Part shown: positions 14,844 through 23,900 of the stretch, one piece after another | Numbering within the stretch: the first letter of the stretch is position 1 | Layout: the number at the start of each line of letters is the position of its first letter | IMG/VR virus record: IMGVR_UViG_3300029705_000019 | Origin: a virus | Lineage: Duplodnaviria; Heunggongvirae; Uroviricota; Caudoviricetes | Length of the DNA stretch: 31,675 nucleotides | Reading direction: 5' to 3' (one strand) | Translations under genes and position numbers: made by a program | The notes under the pieces: generated by a model | Seen by the model: the letters and a program-made list of their open reading frames with translations, nothing else | Databases searched by the model: none | What the model was told of the DNA's origin: nothing

Positions 14844-16448
14844 TTAGTTTTCAGTAGGTGTGCTTGTTGTTTGCGCTGGAATGCTGTGACTGTGACTCTT
14901 TGCAGAACCTGTAAATGTAGGAGCGCTAACTGTACCGGCAGGAGTAATCTTTGTTTCGTTAACAGTGATTGCACCAGCGCTAACAGAATTGATTGTACCA
15001 CTGGGTGTGCCAGAAACAGAAACAGATTTTGATTTGCCAGTAAATGTAGGTGTTACCTCAAATTTAGTTCCACTGAAGGATGCAGCAATGCTCTGAGCAG
15101 AACCTGTAAAGGTATGACCATGAGAACCACCTGCGCCGGTATTACCTGCATGAGACAATGTTGCTTCAGTACCAGTAAATGCCGCTGTAAGTTGTACACC
15201 AGAGCCAGTGAATGTGTGACCATGTGATCCTGCACTTGCGGCTGTTGCATCTTGTTCTAGCGTTGCACTTGTACCAGTAAATGTGTGGGTATGAGCGGAA
15301 CCCTTGCCTGTTGTGCCACTATGTGTAATAGTTGCTGCAGTACCAGTAAATGTGGGCTGTGTAGAAGCTATTGTAAGAGTTCCGAGAGCAGAAATTACAG
15401 AAGCAGTTCCATTGCTTGAAGCAGCAACTGATGTTAATGTTAATTTCTTAGTAGTGCTATCGTAAGTTGAAGTGAAACCACCACCCTTTACACCTGTTAA
15501 CGCAGTCTTTGTTGTGTGATTTGCAAATGTGGGTTTATGTGTGTGACTCTGAACGGTACCTGCTGGTGTATAACTAACACTGTCAGAGAATGAGTGAGTG
15601 TGATCACTTTCATTACTGTTTGAACCAACTGGTGTATAATCAATACTAACTTCAACATCATGGGTATGAGCACCATTGGATACAACAGTACCAGCTGGTG
15701 TATAGTTTGCAGTGCCAGTTCCTTTGCTGATTGTTACACTACCAGCAGGTGTGTATGTATGTGCGGTAATGTTTGAAGCCGGGTGTGTATGTGTGGATGC
15801 ATCAGAAATAGAACCAGCAGGAGTGATTGATTCAACAGCTGCTGTACCGTCGGTAATTGAAACAGTACCTGAAGGCGTGTGTGTAATTTTACTAATTGTA
15901 CCTTCTGGTGTATAACTACCTGTTGAAGTTGTAGCAGTTCCAGTAAACGTGTGTCCGTGTGTTCCTTGAGAAGCAGTATGCGTGTGACCAGCTTGAGTAC
16001 CAGTAAATGTAGGTGCTGAGACAGTGCCTTCCGGTGTGATGGATGTCTCACCACTTGTTGTAGCTGCTGTTGTGTGTGTATGAGTTGTATCAGAATACTT
16101 ATTGTCGAGAACTGTTAAGTCAATATTACCCTGAACTACATCCCAATATGGTTGGATTGTAGTTACATTAGAAGAGGTTGCAGCAACACAAGTTGTATTA
16201 CACAACCAAAGGTCGCCCGCCTCGCAAGCAACTCCATTAATTGTTCTTGCAGAAGCAACTACATATACATGGCCCTTTGTTGCTGCTGGTGTGTAATTAC
16301 CAGTAGGCATTTCACCCATGTAGATGAGAGCTGATGTAATAAGATCTTTCGTAGCATACGAACTTGCATGTAAACCACCAAGATAATCAGGGTCAAGAGT
16401 ATAATCAACTCCACCGATATTCAATATTTTTAATGCATTGTCAGCCAT
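14844..16448 (-). CDS. His-x-His needle-type fibre/spike protein with mirror-arranged TPxG and FTG repeats
   Basis: 534 aa. 11 HxH motifs, 10 TPxG and 10 F(T/S)G motifs. HxH needles are known from the T4 gp37 tip. LNIGGVDY N-terminus shared with the next gene. Confidence 0.8.
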   Translation of the reverse strand: MADNALKILNIGGVDYTLDPDYLGGLHASSYATKDLITSALIYMGEMPTGNYTPAATKGHVYVVASARTINGVACEAGDLWLCNTTCVAATSSNVTTIQPYWDVVQGNIDLTVLDNKYSDTTHTHTTAATTSGETSITPEGTVSAPTFTGTQAGHTHTASQGTHGHTFTGTATTSTGSYTPEGTISKITHTPSGTVSITDGTAAVESITPAGSISDASTHTHPASNITAHTYTPAGSVTISKGTGTANYTPAGTVVSNGAHTHDVEVSIDYTPVGSNSNESDHTHSFSDSVSYTPAGTVQSHTHKPTFANHTTKTALTGVKGGGFTSTYDSTTKKLTLTSVAASSNGTASVISALGTLTIASTQPTFTGTAATITHSGTTGKGSAHTHTFTGTSATLEQDATAASAGSHGHTFTGSGVQLTAAFTGTEATLSHAGNTGAGGSHGHTFTGSAQSIAASFSGTKFEVTPTFTGKSKSVSVSGTPSGTINSVSAGAITVNETKITPAGTVSAPTFTGSAKSHSHSIPAQTTSTPTEN

Positions 16449-16479
16449 AAATTGAATTCCTCATTTTATTAAAATTTTT

Positions 16480-16986
16480 TTATGTATTATAATCAACAGT
16501 GCCTTCATTACCAGTGAACTTCGGTTCACTTGCTGTTGCACTGATAGTTAAAACCTTGTTTGAAAGATTACCTTTCAACGTGATATTCGGTGCAGCAACA
16601 GATCCTGAAGGAGTATAAGTAAACGTACCAGTAAGCTCAGTTGCAATAGATACATCTTTACTACCATCAAATTCAGTAGAACCTGATATATCTCCAACAA
16701 TTGAGATTTTTCTTGCAGTAGTTAATTTGTCTGATTGATCTGCCGCATCTGCTGTAGTTGCATGAGTAGCTTCATCTGCGTGCTCAGCTGTTCCAGCAGC
16801 TAGAAAAGGTAACTCGTTAACATCACGTGAACCATCACCGATTTTTACTCGAGGATTCGGATTATTTGCATCTTTGTCGAATACAATAAATTCACCTTCG
16901 AGTGGAGTAAATTGAGTGTTTTCCCATACGGCAGCCTGTGCGTGCTTTTGAATGACACGCGTTTTAATTTTTCTTGGCTCTGCCAT
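16480..16986 (-). CDS. Short fibre/spike protein: Mtd_N-like domain, AxxAxxA repeat, 'KLTTARKI..GDISGSTEFDGSKDVSI' fibre motif and one TPxG/FTG hairpin
   Basis: 168 aa, AAGGAG RBS; motifs read directly from the translation. Confidence 0.75.
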   Translation of the reverse strand: MAEPRKIKTRVIQKHAQAAVWENTQFTPLEGEFIVFDKDANNPNPRVKIGDGSRDVNELPFLAAGTAEHADEATHATTADAADQSDKLTTARKISIVGDISGSTEFDGSKDVSIATELTGTFTYTPSGSVAAPNITLKGNLSNKVLTISATASEPKFTGNEGTVDYNT

Positions 16987-17032
16987 TTTGCTCTCTCCTT
17001 ATTAAGAATTCATCACTAAGTTGTGAATATGT

Positions 17033-17296
17033 TTAATATGAAGATATTCTACCTGAATCAATAAAACCAATATCGTTGTACCATGTTACATATTTGTCGA
17101 GAACATTGTCTGTAACAAAGGCGAGGTCAGTAACAGCTGTGACACCGTCACCAACTTTTAATCTAATATGATCATTTTGTTCGTCCTTGTCGTAAACAAT
17201 AATCTCACCTTGTTTAGGAATAAAATTAACGGCTAATAACCAATTTGCTTCAACATCGTGCATATGTATAACACGTGCATTTAATGTGTTTGGCAT
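17033..17296 (-). CDS. Minimal adaptor-like protein: Mtd_N-like domain plus C-terminal FIDSG motif
   Basis: 87 aa, GGAGG RBS. 'ARVIHMHDVEANW...FIPKQGEIIVYD...LKVGDG...DLAF'. Confidence 0.8.
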   Translation of the reverse strand: MPNTLNARVIHMHDVEANWLLAVNFIPKQGEIIVYDKDEQNDHIRLKVGDGVTAVTDLAFVTDNVLDKYVTWYNDIGFIDSGRISSY

Positions 17297-17311
17297 TGTT
17301 TTATTCCTCCA

Positions 17312-17992
17312 TTAAATGTAAGATAACAACTTTTGATAATCTTTATCAGGTACTTCATCACCATAATGAATACTGTTGATATCCATTATAGTTGTCATAT
17401 TATTTATACATTGTTTCATGAGATTAAAATATGTTGTATGATACTGAATGTGTCTAAATGACTCATCAATAATTGTTTGCATATCTTCAGCTGTATATAG
17501 TTTACAAGGTTGGCCTTTCTCATGATAAATAATGCCATTTTTATAGTTCATTATATTTGATTGAATTGCTCTCAGATTTAGCTGATCTTCAATTGTTAAT
17601 TCAAATGTATGATATTTACTATCAGCAAGTTCAATACAAATTCCGCTAATAATTTCTTTATCACATTCTTCTTTGAGCTCTTCAATCTTTTTTGCTTTTT
17701 GTTGAATTAAAAATGGATCATCAGCATTGATGTCAACTTTTTCTTTTAGTAATTGTTGCAATAATTGAAATTCATCTTTATCAACTTTTTTGAGAATTAC
17801 AATCTTATGTTCAAAGTCTGAGGGGAAATTAATCCCCTGCAGACCATAAACTGATACATTATCGGAACCTTGAATACAGTTTGCACTGCTTTTATCTGTA
17901 ACCGTAATTCTTTTTGATTTTGGAAGGTATCTTAAATATTTAACTGTTTCAATTAAATCAATTACCTGACCGTTTGAAATAACTTTGTACAT
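17312..17992 (-). CDS. DUF4376-like protein (putative fibre assembly chaperone)
   Basis: 226 aa. C-terminal half 'KAKKIEELKEECDKEIISG...HTFELTIEDQLNL...YHEKGQPCKLYTAEDM...YFNLMK' fits the DUF4376 pattern. Start overlaps the upstream stop (TAATG), suggesting translational coupling. Confidence 0.65.
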   Translation of the reverse strand: MYKVISNGQVIDLIETVKYLRYLPKSKRITVTDKSSANCIQGSDNVSVYGLQGINFPSDFEHKIVILKKVDKDEFQLLQQLLKEKVDINADDPFLIQQKAKKIEELKEECDKEIISGICIELADSKYHTFELTIEDQLNLRAIQSNIMNYKNGIIYHEKGQPCKLYTAEDMQTIIDESFRHIQYHTTYFNLMKQCINNMTTIMDINSIHYGDEVPDKDYQKLLSYI

Positions 17993-20900
17993 TATTCAAC
18001 CTCCGTATAATTGTAATTGATTACTACATTATCATTTGGTGCTCCCCAGAATGTTTCTTCACTGCCAAGAATAACATCCTCGCTCCAAGCAACATTAATT
18101 TTTGTTAGTTTAGTACAACCTTCAAAAAGTTTACGAACACCATCAATTGTTACAAGCATGAAATCTGCTGATGGATTTGGATTAAGAATTGTTACTTCTT
18201 CAAGTTCTTTACAACCCAGACAGATATTTAATCCAAGATATGTAACAGAAGCGGGTATTACTAACTTCTTGATTACTGATTCACCAAATGCATTTGTCTC
18301 AATTCTTTGTAATGTGTTAGGAAGATTAATTTCGTGCAAAGATTGGCATCTGTAGAAACACTGACTACCGATTGTAGTAATACCATCTTCAAATGTGATA
18401 TTGGCAAGACTAGTACAACCACTGAATGTTTCGGTTGAAAGATGTGTAACATTAGCGGGTACATACATCGAAGTTAGATCTTCACAACCAGCAAATGCAT
18501 AAGCTGCAACAGTTGAAATATCATTTGTTATTATAGCATCACTTGTACCAAATACTAACTTACGATTTGTTGTATCAATCAATGCGCCGTTTGAAAACTC
18601 AAAGATTGAATTTTCAGCTATATTGAATGTTCTAAGTTTTTCACAATATCTAAAAGCACCATCCATTGATGTTAACGAAGAAGGTATTGAAAGTTTTTCA
18701 AGCTGATTCCATGATTCAAATGAACCAATGCCAATACTTTCGATACCATCAGGCAATGAAAGTTCTTGAATAAAGTAGTTATTTGCAAATGCAGAATTAG
18801 ATATTGATTTCAGCGCTCCATGTTGATTAAATTTAAGTGACTTAAGGTTACACAAATTGAATGCAGAAGAACCAATCGTTTCACACTTGTTTGCATTCGT
18901 GAGATCAAGCTCATATATGTACGACATATTAGGAGTCAATGTGGCTTGATAGAATGTGAATGAGTTAATTCTTTCAACATCGGGTCCAATAACAACTTTC
19001 ATACCTGAAGTTGTACTTGAATCAGAAAATGGATATGTGTTACCTAACAAACTTGAATCATTTCTTGCTACTGCATTTCGAGCATTGTAGTAAACATATG
19101 ATAAATTTGGACACTTAGAAATTGCATTAGCTTCAATTAATGAAACATTTGAGGGTATATGAACTGTTGTTAGAGAACTACAACCGCTGAATGTTTCACG
19201 TCCAATAATAGTTAATGATTCTGGTAATTCAATATATTCAATCAATGAATTTTTGAAGCCTGTTACGTTTTCATTAGTGCTATCGTTACCATAAATTGAA
19301 TCAACTTGATATGTTAATCCATCTTCTAATGTGTAATATTGAGGAAATCTTGCAATGGGTTCGTTTGTATTTTTATATGCAAGAACTGAGATTGTTTGAG
19401 TATCTGCATTAGATGCATAGATTAGGTCATTTAACATTATATTATAATATGCATCATCACCGATGTAGAATTGAGCATGGAATTTTGTGTTACCAAGAAT
19501 TTTCATGTCAGCTGGTAACCATCCTGCAAATTCATAGGAGTCAGGGGAGGAAGACGCCATATTTTTTGGAACAAGTTTTCCAAGACCATCATCTATTAAT
19601 AATGATTGATCAGTTACTTTTGATGCATCAAATATGATTGACTGGGAATATTCAATTAGTTCATCATAGAGTAAGTTTGAGCCTGTATAGAAAGCACCTG
19701 TATAACTTCTAATATTTGCAATGAAAGCAGGGAATAATGTTTTATTGCCAAGAATATTCTTTAATGCGTCATCTTGAGCTACGCGGTCTTGAGATCTTTG
19801 AATTGACCATCCATTCCAAGTGTAATCATATGCAACAGAACTTTGTCGTTTTGGTGTTTCAATTAGATCTATTATTACTGGGTCTGGGCAAGTAACATTG
19901 ATAGTCGTAGTAGCTTCAATTGTTTCTGTGTGAAGTACTTCAGTACCTTCATTGTTCATGAATGTGATAATTGAAGTAACAACGAACCCGTTTGCCATCT
20001 GGAATGTGAGATATGGGAAGTGACGAACAAGCTCAGCCATATCTTCGCCGCTCATATCCTCACTTAGTATACAAGTACCACTGATGTTGATTTCATTGAT
20101 GGGTTGATTATTTACATCCAAACCTTTTAATCCATAACCACCATCTTCCTTACTTGTATAGAGCTGTCTTAGTTCATCACTGGACCACTCAGTCCAATAA
20201 ACATTGTCAATTCTAACACGTTCTAATGTATTTGTCTCAAGACATTTTTCAAAGATAGCTGATGTATCAAGATTTGTACAATTGATTATACATAAGTTCT
20301 TGATATGTTCAACTTCCAAACCTGTTTTACCGATTTTAAGATTTTCAGTATATAAGTTTGGATGATTTGTAATTGTAAAGTCAGTTATTGTTGCAGGTAA
20401 CTCAAGATTTTTAATATAACCAGCTGTTGGTAGCGTGATACCAGAAATTGATGTGCCTAAGCAATAAATTTCTTCAATATTTACGCATCTAGTTAAATCA
20501 ACTGATTGTTCCAAACCAATACAGTTGCTTAAATCAATCTTCTTTAATAATGTATTTGCACCAACTTTTACTTCACGAAGTGCATCGTTATAATAACCAT
20601 CTGTTTTATCACCAACTTGGAGAACTGTTAATTTACCTGCTGCACTTGTATCAAGAATACTACAATACAAACCCGCAAGATTACCAAGCGATGATAATTC
20701 GCTCGCACCAAAAACAGCTGTTTCAGTATCGTTGAATGTTTCATTGATTGTTTTACCAAATGTTTGTGGTGTGTTCTTTTTAGTTCTTAACTGTTCAAGA
20801 GTACCGTTAGCTTTATACTTAACACCACAGTACATATCAGAGAATGGTGTTACTGTGATTTTTGGATCTGCTGGTACAACTTCAAGTGATTTTCTAATAC

Positions 20901-23900
20901 AAGCATTTTTGCGATCAATTTCAGCTTTTTCTTCATCACTTGCACCTTCCGGATAACTACCACCAGCCTCAACAATCTGGTAATCGTTTGAAGTAGTGAA
21001 TGTGTAAAGTCCGTTGTAGTTTGCAAAGAATTTGATTACACTAAATCCATCACCATTGATATATGCATCAATAGTTCCTGATTCATTATCATTAGTGTAA
21101 TTAATTGTTGTGGTTGAAGTTGGTGTACCTGTTACACAGAACGTATATGATTCATTTGCTGCTAATGTTACTGATTCAAATTTCACATCTGAAGGAAATA
21201 TCTTTTCTGATGGTGTGTTAATTCTCATTAGTACATAATCATTCGGATAATCACCAGCATTCCATTTACTGTCACAGTACTTTAATCTATTTTGTACAAA
21301 GTATTTAAGATGTGGTTCACCATTACCACGAACCTGATAAAGGTTTGCTGTGTTAACAGATCCGTCGCTTGAATTTTCTGGTCTAGCCATTGTCAAGTAT
21401 TTATATTCAGCATCTTCATTATAGATAGATGCACTCCACATACCTGAACCATGTGTAATAAACTGATTAATAATTTTGTCGTATGAAAGTTTTCCGTCGC
21501 TTCTTAAAGAAGCATACATTGCTCTAATTTCTGTAGCAAATGCTTTTCTGAAATTTGTCCATAATGTAGAATTTTGACCATTATAAACATTTACATTACC
21601 AAGCTGATCAGTGTCTTCATGATAATAATCAAATACCAGATAACCCTCATTATTTATACCATAAGATGTATCATTATCATAAAAATATGGATACCACTTT
21701 GATACTGTATTACCATTTTCATCCTTTGTTCCCCAACGAGTTAAGAACATATTCTTTGCTCTTTGGTCAGTCATTAGTGCAACAAATGTGTACACATAGT
21801 AGATGAGAGAATAATGCATGTCAAAATAATCTTCAAATTCACGTTTGAATTTTTCAACATCGTTCCTTGTGGATACAACCCAATCATGAAGTTCTTTGAA
21901 ATTATTAATCATTTGAGCACGTCGATTGCTCAAATCAGCAAGCTGTTCATCTGTAATAGTTGCTTCACCTTTGTCTGCTGATTTCTTCAAGTCTTCAAGT
22001 TCTTCAAGTTTATCAAAATCATATGGAGTATATCGGGGTTCAAAGTCATCAAGCCAATAACTAGATGCTTCAAAATTACCCAAGAAATTACAAGAATCAG
22101 ATGTATTGTTACAGAATTCCCAACACTCAACATCATAATCTTCTGTAAAACCAAATGCCTCCTCAGCATCTTTATCAAAGTTAAAGTTACCCTTTGACGA
22201 GAACACTGGTGTGTCATTTTCTGTCTCACGTTCATAGATAACACAGGGGAAACCAGTGATTGTTGTTCTTACTCGATCATCATCTGCTTGTGCAGGAACA
22301 ATCTCACTGTAAAGTGTTTCTACAAAGTTAGCATTTTGTGTATTGTGTGTACCAGTACCTTCAGCATAATCTACTTTAATACAGAATACTTTTGCAGGTA
22401 TTTCATTATCCATGTGTTGATATGCAGCATGGTCAAATACTATAACATTATCTTTTTTCTTCTTAAGTTTAACTTTCCAGTTTTTACGAACATAGTACTG
22501 TGAGGATGTACCTTGAACGTCAATTTCAACTTGAATAGGTCCACCATAAACATTTGCAAAATCTTTTGAAGAATCATAAGGGCTTGAGAAATCCATTGTA
22601 ACAATTTTCTTGTCACCCTTTGATTTTGGCATTGAGCCAGTAAATGTTATAGTTGGAATTTTTGACTTGACGGACTCATATGAAAGCAATCCCGCAAGCG
22701 TATAGATGTCATTGTCATCAAATAACTCGATCTTTTGCTGAACATCAGTTAAGTCAGCAATGTAGTTACTAACAGCTTCACGTGGTGTAATTGTTTGGTC
22801 ATAAACACGAATTGAATACACATCAAGAGTACAACCAGTATCACCAAGAATGATGTAACCATCATGATTAAAATCATTACTTGTGTAACTAAGAACACCT
22901 GATAAATAACCGTCCATGTAGACGGATAAGAATTTAGGTGTATCATTACCGAATGCATCAGTACCATCTTTATCAATTGTAAATGTTAACTTAATACGTT
23001 CTTCGTCTTTATAATTGCATGTTATTGTATCTTTTGATGATTTAATGAATGCAGTATCAGCTGTTGCTTGAATACCTTTTCCATCAAGATAACAATTAAG
23101 AACTGTTGTATCACGATTGTTAACATCATGAACAGCAAATTCAATTTCAAATGTTAGACCATTATTAAGAATATTAAACGTGTGACCAGTATAGTTTGAA
23201 TCACTGTTTGTATAATGGAATGGTGCAAAGTTAATAACAGCCTGAGCACCACCACTCAATCTTAAACAGGTATCACCATTGTTATCAATTACCCAACCAT
23301 TTGATTTCCAGTTAAAACCACTAAATGTTGTTGTAATTAAAGATTTATATTTTTCGTCATAGAAAGTCCATGAAGCTGGATTTGTTTCATTATTATTACG
23401 ACCTAAGGAAGACAGATAAAGTCTTGGATCTCCAACAGGCTCTACATCAATAATTGCCTCAGTTACCTTAACAGTGTGACTTTTGATAATCGGTGTATCT
23501 AAATCATCAGGGGCATAAATAATTGAGAATGTAACAGAATCGTTTACAGGATATAATCTTGTGTTCCATGTTTGTAAAGTTTGGTCAACTGATGCTGTTG
23601 TTCTACTATACTCTTTTGTAACACCATTATCACAATAAGTTATAACTAAGTTGACATTACAAACTGCATCATTGGGGTCAAATACCACATATGGAATTGT
23701 GACAAGCTCACCTTGTGACAATGTGTCAACATCATACACTGATCCAATCATCGGAGCTGTTTCACCCTTAACATAAGCGAGCACATCATAATGAAGAATA
23801 TTACTTTTTAATGTTGCATTTTCAATTACTGCTTCAGCATAAATCTTTAGTGAATGTGAACCATGTGATAAAGTGTTCCAAGAAATAACTTCACTTAGTT

